Shown: positions 29,903-39,330 of the stretch, one piece after another
Numbering within the stretch: the first letter of the stretch is position 1
Layout: every line of letters starts with the position of its first letter
Origin: an uncultured delta proteobacterium
Lineage (GTDB): Bacteria > Desulfobacterota > Binatia > UBA9968
Length of the DNA: 64,000 nucleotides
NCBI GenBank assembly: GCA_963727625.1
Contig: CAVSHR010000005.1
Span: forward strand, 608,001-672,000
Reading direction: 5' to 3'
Notes under the pieces: model-generated
What the model was told of the DNA's origin: nothing
The model's input: the letters and a program-made list of their open reading frames with translations, nothing else
Database searches by the model: none
Made by a program: the position numbers and the translations under genes

Positions 29903-30865
29903 TTATTTCTCGGATAGAAGCTCTTTCATCGCCTGCCGCGCGAAGGAAAAGTCGCGGACCTCGTCGAGCGGGCGCTTTTTCTCGCCGACCCGCGCGATGA
30001 TCGCCTCGATCTCGGCGTCGGTCATGATGCCGTTGCGGCTCAGCGTATTGAGCTCGTTGTCGTAAGAATGTTCCGCGATGTCGATCGGCTGTGGCAACCA
30101 TTTGATCAGAGTTTGAATAGTCTCTCGCCGGTTCTCTAGGATATACTTGTGCGAGCGCAACAACGCCTTTAACGTTCGCTTGACGAGCTGAGGATTTTCC
30201 TTAATCAGGCGATCGGACGTGAGCATTCCGGCCGATGGGAGCCCGATCTCCGGCGGTCCCGCCAACGCGCGATAACCCATTTTCTTGAGCATCAAATCAT
30301 GCGGCGGCGCCACCGAGATCGCATCGACGGCGCCGCTGATCAACGCCTGCATCCTGAGCGGGCCATCGCCGATGGCGACTGCTTGCAGCTGATTCGGGTT
30401 GAACCCCTTGGCTTGGAGCATTTCTTCGGCCACCAGTTGATCGGTCCCCCGGATCGTCGCCACACCAATCTTCTTGCCTTTTAACTGCTGCACGTCTTTG
30501 ATTTCCGGCCGCACCATGACGAAGTAGGGTCCCTTTTTGAGGTGGATAAACACCAACTTCATCGGAAAGCCCTGAAGAATGCCGCGAAAGGTGCTGGTGA
30601 ACGGTGTCGCGAAGGAGACGTCGCCGTTGACCACGGCGGTGGCGCCAAGGCGCGGATTCATCTGAATGATTTCTACATCCAATCCTTCAGCCTTGAAGTA
30701 GCCCTTTTGCAAAGCCATATAGAGCGGCATCGCCGAGCTGCTTCGGCTGGCGTAGGCGATGCGAACTCGAGCCGCCGCCTCGGCGCCTATTGCTGACCTC
30801 GGTGCACTGAGAGCAAGGCCTACACTGGTCAATAAAACTATTTTTACGATTATGAGCCTAATCAT
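29903..30865 (-). CDS. NMT1/THI5-type substrate-binding protein
   Basis: ALQKGYFKAEGLDVEII, LKGKKIGV, RMQALISGAVDA, DFSF. Confidence 0.88.
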   Translation of the reverse strand: MIRLIIVKIVLLTSVGLALSAPRSAIGAEAAARVRIAYASRSSSAMPLYMALQKGYFKAEGLDVEIIQMNPRLGATAVVNGDVSFATPFTSTFRGILQGFPMKLVFIHLKKGPYFVMVRPEIKDVQQLKGKKIGVATIRGTDQLVAEEMLQAKGFNPNQLQAVAIGDGPLRMQALISGAVDAISVAPPHDLMLKKMGYRALAGPPEIGLPSAGMLTSDRLIKENPQLVKRTLKALLRSHKYILENRRETIQTLIKWLPQPIDIAEHSYDNELNTLSRNGIMTDAEIEAIIARVGEKKRPLDEVRDFSFARQAMKELLSEK

Positions 30866-31027
30866 GCTCCCTTCCCTTCCACTTCTACTGAACGGTCAGT
30901 TCCTTTTGTACTTCCCGTAACAACGTGCAGTCATCATCGCTCCCGTCAGAATGAAAGTGTTCGAGGTTCGGAGTGGTGAAGTGACGGGGTTACCATCCAA
31001 TGCTTCGATACTCCGTCGCTTCAGTCT

Positions 31028-32128
31028 TCAGAGCGCGTAGAACGCGCGCGGATTGTCGTACATAATTTTTTGCCGCAATTGCGGCGATAAATCCTCGCGA
31101 GCATTGAGGACATTGACGAACTGGTCCTCGCGCGACGGATCGCTGTGCGGGTAATCCGAGCCGATCAGCAAATGCTCATCACCGGTATATCGCGCGAGAT
31201 AAGGAATATCCTCGTCGGCTTCGCAAGCGACAAACAGCCGATATTCGCGAAACAGCTCGGCGCTCGAGCCGAAGCGAAATTTATCCTTCTGCAAGCGCCG
31301 TACGATATGAATCAAAAACGGCACCCAGCCGGCGGCGGCTTCGATAAAACCGAAGCGCAGGCCGGGAAACTGCTCAGGAATTTTGTTGGCGATCAGGTCG
31401 CGGAACGCGAGCAGCGGCATCACGCGAGTGTGGCCGAAGGTATGGTTGCGCGCGCCGTTGAACATCTCAAGAATTTCTCTGACGCCGCAGCCGGTGTGCA
31501 CGCAAATCGACAAATCATGCTTCTGCGCTTCCGCATAGACCGGATGCAGATTCGGGTGGTCCAGCGTGTAATTGCCTTCAATGCCCCGAAAGAAGATCCC
31601 CACTGCGCCGTTCTCTTTGGCGAAGCCGATCTCATCGATGGCGTCTTTCATCGATTGAAAGGGCAGCACGGCGAGCCACTTGATTCGTTCCGGCGCCTGC
31701 GCCGCGGCCTGGGCGAGAAATCGGTTGTAGGCGCGGCATAGCGCGATTTCGAGCTCGACGTCCTTGGTGTTGTAGACCAGGAACAGAGTCGGATAGACCA
31801 CCTGCACAGCCGTTCTGAGCTTATCCATGTCGGCGACGCGGCCTTTGATGTCGGTCATTTCCCGTGTCGCCGGCGTCGAGTCTTTGCGCCCTTCCTGGAC
31901 CTTTTGCCCGGACGGGGTGACCAGATTGAAGCTCCCCTTGCCCGCTGGCTTTGGGTAAATCTCGCCGTCAATCAGCCAGAAGGCGTTGCGGTTGCCGAAC
32001 CAGGTATCCTCGGGCACCGACAGCATGATCGGCCGGCGCGGGTACATCGCTTTATCCATCATTGCCCACATCGCTTCGCCCTCGGAAATATGAGTGTCGG
32101 CGTCAATGATTCCGTTCATAGTGCTCAC
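31028..32128 (-). CDS. Amidohydrolase_2 family protein
   Basis: IDADTH, YPT, RAYNRF, CVHTG, FIEAAAGWVP, GSDYPH.D, NPRAFY. Confidence 0.9.
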   Translation of the reverse strand: MSTMNGIIDADTHISEGEAMWAMMDKAMYPRRPIMLSVPEDTWFGNRNAFWLIDGEIYPKPAGKGSFNLVTPSGQKVQEGRKDSTPATREMTDIKGRVADMDKLRTAVQVVYPTLFLVYNTKDVELEIALCRAYNRFLAQAAAQAPERIKWLAVLPFQSMKDAIDEIGFAKENGAVGIFFRGIEGNYTLDHPNLHPVYAEAQKHDLSICVHTGCGVREILEMFNGARNHTFGHTRVMPLLAFRDLIANKIPEQFPGLRFGFIEAAAGWVPFLIHIVRRLQKDKFRFGSSAELFREYRLFVACEADEDIPYLARYTGDEHLLIGSDYPHSDPSREDQFVNVLNAREDLSPQLRQKIMYDNPRAFYAL

Positions 32129-32140
32129 CTCGATAAAAAC

Positions 32141-32407
32141 TTAGATTCGAATGAAAACGCGCCGTAAGGACAAAAAGACTGCTCGCGCTGACTGAGTGAA
32201 GCTCGGCGCCCAGCCGCGCCGCTGCGAGTCGTTGATGTCAGCCGCAGTGAAGATGCATTGAACTACCCCGGCTTCTTGATTATACGCCTCTTCGATCAGA
32301 AAACTGTTGTCTTTGATCACGTCGATCGGCTGCTCCTCGGTGGCAAACCTCACGATCGGACAAAAACATGTGAGGATCGCCGCCAGCAAGACCCGTATCC
32401 GTGTCAT
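32141..32407 (-). pseudogene. 5' stub of a putative outer-membrane transporter-like gene
   Basis: Signal peptide + DNSFLIEEAYNQEAGVVQ motif recalled from ~270-aa proteins; similarity appears to end at SFTQ. Confidence 0.5.
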
Positions 32408-32439
32408 TTGCCTAGTGGCCCCCCCCTCCGGAAAATCAG

Positions 32440-33387
32440 TTAGGGAAGGTAGCGTAAATCGACCAATTGTTGGACGGTCAGGCCCCGCGCTTTGGGATTA
32501 TCTTTGGCCAAGGCATCGAGCACAACTTCCATCCCCTTCACGGTTGGCTTGCCGTCGTCGGGGGTCGAACGCAGCGATCCGTCATAGACGAGCTCGCCCA
32601 TCTGTCGACTCGGCAGCTTGCTCAGCGAAACGATTTTACTCACCGCTTCGCTGCGGTGGGTTTTGAAGTAACGCAACGATTCCAGATAAGCGCGCAAAAA
32701 CGTCCGTAGGGTTTGCGGTTGGCTCTCTAAAAAATCCTCACGGACAACAAAATTGACATGGGGAAACTCGATGCCCTTCGCGATGAAATCGAGCAGGATC
32801 CCGTAACCCATCTTCTGCGCCACGACCGCTTCCTCGGGACTCAGGACCGTTGCCTGTATCGCGCCCGATTTCATCGCCGCCAGGCGTGCCTGGGACCCGC
32901 CGACCTGGATGATCTGAACTTCACCTGGGCTGAGCGCGAACTGATTGAGCGCCAACCGGACCACATACTCCGTGTTGCTGCCGAAACGGCTGATACCGAT
33001 TTTTTTGCCTTTGAGCTGTTCCGGCGCGCGAATGTTACCGCTCGCAACGAAGGTGTAGGGGAGCAAGTTGACCACTCCGCCGACGATTTTGATCTTGGCC
33101 CCCTGCAAGTAAGCGTTTACCACCGGCGGGCCGCCGGTTAACAGCAGCTCAAGACTCTTGCCGATTAAGGCCTGCAGCGACAGCGACCCGCCGGGGATGA
33201 AAATCATTTCCAGATTCAGATTATGCTTCTTAAAAATCCCGGCATCCTGCCCAAGGTAGATCGGCGCAGTCCCGCCAAATCCGTTAAACGCAATGCGCAG
33301 GTTGATCGTCTGCGCATTCGACCGACCACCTTGGCTGAGCACCGCCGCCAGCGCTAGCAGCGAAACGAAAGCGATTTTGAGTTTCAT
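32440..33387 (-). CDS. NMT1/THI5-type substrate-binding protein
   Basis: GIFKKHNL, LKGKKIGISRFGS, RLAAMKSG, VDLRYL. Confidence 0.88.
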   Translation of the reverse strand: MKLKIAFVSLLALAAVLSQGGRSNAQTINLRIAFNGFGGTAPIYLGQDAGIFKKHNLNLEMIFIPGGSLSLQALIGKSLELLLTGGPPVVNAYLQGAKIKIVGGVVNLLPYTFVASGNIRAPEQLKGKKIGISRFGSNTEYVVRLALNQFALSPGEVQIIQVGGSQARLAAMKSGAIQATVLSPEEAVVAQKMGYGILLDFIAKGIEFPHVNFVVREDFLESQPQTLRTFLRAYLESLRYFKTHRSEAVSKIVSLSKLPSRQMGELVYDGSLRSTPDDGKPTVKGMEVVLDALAKDNPKARGLTVQQLVDLRYLP

Positions 33388-33427
33388 TCCTGTCCACCTT
33401 TGCGTCAGCGAGACTACGGTATGGTCC

Positions 33428-33460
33428 TAAACGACTGGAACGATTGAAACGGCTGGAACC
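33428..33460. repeat. Intergenic 9-bp-period TGRAAC tandem repeat
   Basis: TGGAAC 33436, TGAAAC 33445, TGGAAC 33454; same unit as 21977. Confidence 0.7.
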
Positions 33461-34522
33461 TTACTTTTGATTCCACACCGAAACCGCCATGCGCAACTTG
33501 CCGTGTTCGAGGTCCGCCAACGCCTCGTTGATCTGATCGTAGCGGTAACTCTTCGTGATCAGGTTTTTCAACTCGATTCGCCCCAGTTTCGCCATCTGGA
33601 AAACTTCGTCGACGTCGTTGGCCTGGCGGCTCGACACGCCGGTGATGGTGATTTCGCGCGTGACGAAGTTACCGCTGCTGATCGTGAACGGCCCGCTGCC
33701 TAGGCCGCCGATGATCGTCGCCGTGCCGCCCGGCCGGGTCGCCTGGATGATCTGATCGGAGGTCTTCGGATTGCCGATCGCTTCGAAAGCCTTGTCCACC
33801 CCGCCGCCGGTGAGCTTGATCACCGCCTGCACCGGGTCATCCGCCGTCGCGTTGATCACATGCGTCGCGCCGAACTGCCGCGCCGCTTCCAGCTTATCGT
33901 CGGCGATATCGACCGCGACGATCGGGTAGGCGCCGAAGCATTTGAGAAACTGAATCGTATTGAGGCCGATGCCGCCGCAGCCGATCACCAGTGCCGAATC
34001 GCCTGGTTCTAAGCGCGCGCGATGCTTGACCGCGTTATAAGCCGTCGTCACCCGGCAACCGACCACGCTCGCCTCGTCCATCGACATGCCGTCGGGAATT
34101 TTGAACGCCATATACGCCGGTACGGCGACGTATTCGGCGAAGCCGCCGACGTTCCAACGCGTCACCACGCTGCCGTCGGTTTTCTTTAACGTCGGCGGCG
34201 CCGGCCGCCGCTCGCAGAGATTTTCTCGCGCGCTTAGGCAATAGCGGCAGCGGCCGCATTTATAGCGCATGCCGATGATCACCCGGTCGCCGATCTTGAA
34301 ATCCTTGCAATGCGCGCCGACCTGTTCGACCGTGCCGGCGACTTCGTGGCCGAGGATCGTCGGCGGGGCAAAACGATTTCGCCCTTCGTAAACCTTCAAA
34401 TCCGTGTGGCACACGCCGCAGGATGCAACCTTGATGAGCACGTCCTCGTCGTGCACCTCCGGCATGTCAAGCTCTTCGAATTTCAAGGGTTGGCGAGCTT
34501 CGTACAGTACGGCAGCTTTCAT
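33461..34522 (-). CDS. Zinc-dependent alcohol dehydrogenase (MDR)
   Basis: GVCHTD, GHE.AG, C..C..C.......C structural Zn site, G.GGIG. Confidence 0.92.
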   Translation of the reverse strand: MKAAVLYEARQPLKFEELDMPEVHDEDVLIKVASCGVCHTDLKVYEGRNRFAPPTILGHEVAGTVEQVGAHCKDFKIGDRVIIGMRYKCGRCRYCLSARENLCERRPAPPTLKKTDGSVVTRWNVGGFAEYVAVPAYMAFKIPDGMSMDEASVVGCRVTTAYNAVKHRARLEPGDSALVIGCGGIGLNTIQFLKCFGAYPIVAVDIADDKLEAARQFGATHVINATADDPVQAVIKLTGGGVDKAFEAIGNPKTSDQIIQATRPGGTATIIGGLGSGPFTISSGNFVTREITITGVSSRQANDVDEVFQMAKLGRIELKNLITKSYRYDQINEALADLEHGKLRMAVSVWNQK

Positions 34523-34725
34523 CGGAGTTCTTTCATCGACGAAATAAGTAAACGGGCAGTCACGCGGGTTGCCCAGAGTTTTTCATCGCTTTTACTTACG
34601 CCACTCGAGGCTTGGCCGTCAAGCGACTGGACGCGTTTGACGCGCAGTCTCGAGGGAGATAGTTTCGCGGGTAACGCCGCGTGAGAAACGAGTTGTCACG
34701 CAAAATTTTTGCAAGGAGCTGCATT

Positions 34726-35274
34726 ATGCCCAACAAGCCCGTTCCTCAAGAAGTCACCGTCGAGGCCAAATCAACGGCACTGCTCGTTCTGGACTTGAAC
34801 TGTCGCTGCGAAGATCCGAAGGAGCGCTGCTATCAACTGATCGAGCCGGTGGCCAAATTTTTAGACCGCGCCCGGCAAGCGAGCATGTTTATCCTGTATA
34901 CCGCCGCCGACCGCTACAAAGACACGTCGCAAGCGCGCATGCCCGCCGCTTTCAAGCAGCGCTCGGACGAACCGACGATTTTTCCGCCGGCCTTCGATAA
35001 ATTTTATAGCGGCGAGATGCAACCGATGCTTCAGCAACGAGGTATCAAGACGGTCATCTGCTGCGGCGCGTCGAGCAACCAGGCGGTTATGTACACGGCA
35101 ACCGCAGCGGTACGCCCGTTCGGCTACACCTGCGTGATCCCGGTGGACGGCCTGATCGCCCGCAGTGATTACGAGCACGAGTTTACCTTGCACCAGTTCA
35201 CGATCCTCCCCGGCGGTGCGGCGGAGAAGTTCCGGATAACGGAATTCGATAAAATAAAAATTATGGGAGGCTGA
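34726..35274 (+). CDS. Isochorismatase-fold protein lacking the catalytic Cys
   Basis: TALLVLDL, L..RGIKTVI..G, AV.YTA..A, VIPVD; AGGAG RBS before ATG 34726. Confidence 0.8.
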   Translation: MPNKPVPQEVTVEAKSTALLVLDLNCRCEDPKERCYQLIEPVAKFLDRARQASMFILYTAADRYKDTSQARMPAAFKQRSDEPTIFPPAFDKFYSGEMQPMLQQRGIKTVICCGASSNQAVMYTATAAVRPFGYTCVIPVDGLIARSDYEHEFTLHQFTILPGGAAEKFRITEFDKIKIMGG

Positions 35275-35439
35275 ATCTCGGCTTATCGCGTAAACAGGAT
35301 GATGCTGCCGCTCTCTCGGCGCCCACGCTTGTAGCGCCGCCCGTATCTCGACGGCTGCCGCCTCCAGTGACGCACGGCACGGCCGGTGAATGGAGTTCTT
35401 CGGGAATCGAAGGCCAAACCTATCTCTTATAACAGCAGA

Positions 35440-36384
35440 ATGAAATTTGGTATTTTATTGCCGACCCGCGAAGCAGTCCTGTCCGGCCGGGCCGATCCGT
35501 CCGGCCTATTGCACATCGCCGATCGCGCCGAGGCTTTGGGCTATCATTCGGTCTGGGTGGGCGACAGCCTCACGGCCAGGCCGCGCATTGACGCGTTGAC
35601 CACGCTCGCCGCCGTCGGCGCCCGCACCCGCCGGGTGCGTCTGGGCACGGCGATCTTTTTAGCGGCGCTGCGCCATCCGGTCCTGCTCGCTTACCAACTT
35701 GCCAGCCTCGATTGGCTCACCGGCGGTCGGATCGACTTTGGCATCGGCTACGGCCGCGCCGGTGAGCCGTCGCAGGTGCATGAATTTGAAATCCTCGGCC
35801 TCGATCCCGGCGCGCGCATCAAGATGAGCGAAGAAGCGGTCCACATCATGCGCCGGCTTTGGCGCGAAAGTAATGTTTCATATGACGGCAAGTTCACCCG
35901 CTTCGAGCATGTCACTCTCGAACCCAAGCCGGCCCAGCCAGCCGGCGTGCCGATCTGGCTCGCGTCCAATGACGTCGAAACGGGACTTCGCCGCGTCGGG
36001 CGTTATGGCGACGCCTGGATCAACAACATCAAGAGCCCCCAGACCTATCGGCTTTGCTGGGAAAAGGTGTGCGCTTACGCCGCGCAAGCGGGCCGTGATC
36101 CGGATGCGATCGAGCCTGGAGCTTACTTGACCGTGGCTGCCGGAGACAAAAACGCTGTCGACGAGGGACAACGATTTCTCGCCGAGTACTACAATCGTTC
36201 CTACGAAGCCATCGTCAAAGCGCAGCTCTGCGTCACCGGCTCATGGGACGAAGTCATCGACCGCTTAGAGCTGTTTGGCGAAGCCGGCGCGCGCACCTTC
36301 GTCCTGCGCTTCGCCTCCCGCGACCAGTTGGGACAAGTCGAGGCCTGCGCCCAAGCGCTTGATCGCCGCGGCCTGCTGCGGTGA
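35440..36384 (+). CDS. LLM-class flavin-dependent oxidoreductase
   Basis: MKFGILLP, AE.LGY.SVWVGD, T.RVRLGT, PKP.Q..GVPIW. Confidence 0.9.
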   Translation: MKFGILLPTREAVLSGRADPSGLLHIADRAEALGYHSVWVGDSLTARPRIDALTTLAAVGARTRRVRLGTAIFLAALRHPVLLAYQLASLDWLTGGRIDFGIGYGRAGEPSQVHEFEILGLDPGARIKMSEEAVHIMRRLWRESNVSYDGKFTRFEHVTLEPKPAQPAGVPIWLASNDVETGLRRVGRYGDAWINNIKSPQTYRLCWEKVCAYAAQAGRDPDAIEPGAYLTVAAGDKNAVDEGQRFLAEYYNRSYEAIVKAQLCVTGSWDEVIDRLELFGEAGARTFVLRFASRDQLGQVEACAQALDRRGLLR

Positions 36385-36470
36385 CCCATACGCAAGAATT
36401 CGCCAAGACGCGTTTAAACCACCGCGGCGATCGGTCACGTCAAAGATGTGATTGAGTTTTTTTGGGGGAG

Positions 36471-36494
36471 GGGTGTCCCCTTTCGGGGACACCC
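36471..36494. terminator. GC-rich hairpin between convergent genes
   Basis: GGGTGTCCCC-TTTC-GGGGACACCC perfect 10-bp stem; no adjacent U tract. Confidence 0.5.
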
Positions 36495-36591
36495 TGCGGT
36501 AATAGCCGCAAACTTGAACCGAGGAGGAGAGTCCAAATTTGCGCTTGGGAACATCGATCGCCGGTATCACACCGGCAAGCTGGGAAAACTT

Positions 36592-36792
36592 TTATCGCAT
36601 TCTGTTCATCGAGTACTGGAGCTTTTTTAACTCGCCTTGCAAGTACATATCTTTCAGCTCGTGACGATCCATATGGGCTTCAAGCAGCTCCGCCGGATAC
36701 ATCTTTGCGCCACAGCGGTGACAAACCACGGCGTGAAAGGTAGCCTTCTCATACTCGATGTCGTAAAATTTCTGAGTGGTTGCTGATTCCAT
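36592..36792 (-). CDS. Small C2H2 zinc-finger-like protein
   Basis: 66 aa; C-HR-C-x12-H-MDR-H; AGGGA RBS-like sequence and upstream promoter. Confidence 0.7.
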   Translation of the reverse strand: MESATTQKFYDIEYEKATFHAVVCHRCGAKMYPAELLEAHMDRHELKDMYLQGELKKLQYSMNRMR

Positions 36793-36839
36793 CTTGTCCC
36801 TCACTGTCGATCGATTGCAACTTGATGCTCGTTGTCTAA

Positions 36840-36856
36840 AGCAATCGGCATACCAA
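36840..36856 (-). promoter_or_regulatory. sigma54 (-24/-12) promoter
   Basis: Minus strand TTGGTATGCCGATTGCT (GG-N10-GC), 48 bp upstream of ATG 36792. Confidence 0.7.
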
Positions 36857-37010
36857 CTTTAGACAAATCTTTTGGGACCTGCCAAGCTGTTGATATTGTG
36901 GAAGATTCCTGTTTTCCAGAAAACCGATCGGGTTTTTTCTGGTCAGCATCAGCTGACTTCTGTTGTCAACGGTTTACATTTTTGTGCTTGAATAGATCAG
37001 GACCCCACCG

Positions 37011-38159
37011 ATGACATTGAGCCTTCAGAGCCAAACCGGGGTGCAATTTGCCGAAGCAAGCGCCGGCGATTTCAAAATCGGCTTCATTGCTCTGGACAAT
37101 CCTCGCGCCCTCAATGCTTTGACGTTAGTAATGTTTCAGGCCATGGAGCGCCAATTACTTCAATGGCTCAGGCGCGATGACCTTGCGTGCCTCGTGCTGC
37201 ACGGGACGTCGGATCGAGCTTTCTGTGCCGGCGGTGACGTCAAGACGCTGCTCGCGGCATTGACAAGCCGGACGGGAATACAAGCAGCGGCGAATTTTTT
37301 CACCAGCGAGTACTTCGTTGATTACCTCATTCACCGCTATCCTAAACCGATACTCTGTTGGGCAAATGGCATCACCATGGGCGGCGGCATCGGAATCATG
37401 AACGGGACATCGTTTCGCGTCGTCACCGAACGTACCCTGATGGCGATGCCCGAGATCGGTATCGGTCTGTTCCCCGATGTCGGCGGGACGTACTTTTTAA
37501 ACCGTATGCCCGAAGGAGTCGGCCTATTTCTCGGCTTGACTTCGGCGGGATTCACCGGCGCTGACGCCGTCGCCATCGGCATGGCGGATGGATTGATCGC
37601 GGCGACCAAGAAAGAAGACGTTTTCGACGGCCTATCGCAGCTAAATTGGTCAACCGACGGCACGCACAACCACAAAATGTTGCGCCGCTATCTGGAAACT
37701 TTCGCTGAGCCTGCCGCAAGCGCCGACGCGCCGATCATCAGGCGACTTCGACAGATTCAATCCCTGACCCGGAAACCCTCGATCGAGGAAATCGACGGCG
37801 CGATGCGCGAATGGCAAGGCGAAGACGCCTGGCTGAAAAACTGTATCGCCAACTATTTCGGCGGATCGCCGACTTCGGCCAAGGCGATCTTCGCACAACT
37901 CGCGGGCGGGAAACAGCTGTCGCTCAAGCAAGTTTTCCTACGCGAGTGGGACATGGCATTAAATTTCTGCTCCCGCTCGGATTTCCGCGAAGGGGTGCGC
38001 GCGCGCTTGATCGACAAAGATCAAAAACCGAAATGGAACCCACCCGCGCTCTCTGAAGTCAGCGACGGCGCGATAGCGCGACTGTTGTCGTCCGCCCATG
38101 GTCAGCCGCCTCATTTGCTACGCAAGTTTGACGAATTCGCGGTAAACGGCGCCAAGTGA
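37011..38159 (+). CDS. Enoyl-CoA hydratase/isomerase family, 3-hydroxyisobutyryl-CoA hydrolase-like
   Basis: LNAL, RAFCAGGDV, GITMGGG.G, AMPE.GIGLFPDVG, DFREGVRA.LIDKD..P.W. Confidence 0.92.
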   Translation: MTLSLQSQTGVQFAEASAGDFKIGFIALDNPRALNALTLVMFQAMERQLLQWLRRDDLACLVLHGTSDRAFCAGGDVKTLLAALTSRTGIQAAANFFTSEYFVDYLIHRYPKPILCWANGITMGGGIGIMNGTSFRVVTERTLMAMPEIGIGLFPDVGGTYFLNRMPEGVGLFLGLTSAGFTGADAVAIGMADGLIAATKKEDVFDGLSQLNWSTDGTHNHKMLRRYLETFAEPAASADAPIIRRLRQIQSLTRKPSIEEIDGAMREWQGEDAWLKNCIANYFGGSPTSAKAIFAQLAGGKQLSLKQVFLREWDMALNFCSRSDFREGVRARLIDKDQKPKWNPPALSEVSDGAIARLLSSAHGQPPHLLRKFDEFAVNGAK

Positions 38160-38268
38160 CGCACCCAGTCCACGGCACTCGCTATTCAGTGCCGGCGAGC
38201 TCTTGACAGACCCGGACCAGCGCGCAATTCTACGGCCAGCAAATTTTCCGAATGAGAAGAAATCCGAT

Positions 38269-39243
38269 ATGAGTTTCGATCAACCGCTTGAAATCGAATT
38301 CCCGGTGATGCGCTACGATATCACCCTGCCGCTGCTGGAAGGCCGCGTGGCCGTCGACGGCGTCAAGTTAAAACCGGTCAAATCCTCTTCGATGATCAAC
38401 AAGGAAGATCCCAAGTTGAAAGCCGGTGACTTCGGCTTGATGGACCTCAACATCGGCTACCTCCTGCCGGCCATCGAAGCGGGCTGGGAAATCATCGGCC
38501 TGCCGGTCTTCTCCAAGCGCAAGCCGGTCTATCAGCTGATCTTTTGCCACGCCGATGCCGCCATCCGGGAGCCCAAAGATCTCGCCGGCAAGCGCATCGG
38601 CTCGCGCACTTACCGCACTGCGCTCACCGTGTGGGCCCGCGGCCTCTTGCGCGAACGCTACGGCGTCGACTTCTCGGCGGTGCGTTGGGTTCTCCAAGCG
38701 AAGGAAGTTTTCCCGGTGCACGACGCCAAGCTCAACGTTGAATATGTCGACGACGGCAAGAACATCTCCCAGCGGCTGATCGCCGGCGAGTTGGACGCCA
38801 TCATCACCGATATTTCCGACACCAAAATGTTCGAGAACCTTGAAAACAATCCCAAGGTAAAACGCTTGTTCCCCTATTGCCTCGAAGAAGATCAAAAGCT
38901 CTACCGCGACAGCGGCATCTTCACGCCGGTCCATATGATCGTCATGAGCCGCAAACTCGACCGCGAGCATCCCGAGCTCGCCGGCAAATTCTACGCCGCC
39001 TTCGAAAAGGCCAAAGCGATCGCCTACGACGATATCTTGAGCGACCGCGGCGGTTTCTCGGTCGTCTATTTGCGCGAGCGGATGAAGGAACAGATGAAGA
39101 CCTGGGGCGATCCGTGGAAATACGGCGTCAAAGCGAATCGCAGCACTGTGGATAAGTTTATCAGTTACAACGTCGAGCAAGGCATGATCGGCCAAGCGCC
39201 GTCCTACGAAGACATCTTCGCCGCCGGCACCCTCGACACTTGA
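38269..39243 (+). CDS. 4,5-dihydroxyphthalate decarboxylase-like protein (binding-protein fold, no signal peptide)
   Basis: YD.T.PL.EGRV..DG, LPVF, P.DL.GKRIG, TA..VWARGLL, GIF.P.H, GDPW.YG..ANR. Confidence 0.7.
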   Translation: MSFDQPLEIEFPVMRYDITLPLLEGRVAVDGVKLKPVKSSSMINKEDPKLKAGDFGLMDLNIGYLLPAIEAGWEIIGLPVFSKRKPVYQLIFCHADAAIREPKDLAGKRIGSRTYRTALTVWARGLLRERYGVDFSAVRWVLQAKEVFPVHDAKLNVEYVDDGKNISQRLIAGELDAIITDISDTKMFENLENNPKVKRLFPYCLEEDQKLYRDSGIFTPVHMIVMSRKLDREHPELAGKFYAAFEKAKAIAYDDILSDRGGFSVVYLRERMKEQMKTWGDPWKYGVKANRSTVDKFISYNVEQGMIGQAPSYEDIFAAGTLDT

Positions 39244-39257
39244 TTTTCTTCGACGGC

Positions 39258-39310
39258 TTGAACGATTTGAACGTTGATTAGATGGAACTTGAACTCTTGA
39301 ACTTTTGAAC
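39258..39310. repeat. Intergenic TTGAAC short repeats
   Basis: T(T/G)GAAC at 39258, 39267, 39283, 39289, 39297 and 39305; similar cluster at 22751-22783. Confidence 0.7.
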
Positions 39311-39330
39311 AAACCCGCAAGGAGCCCTGC

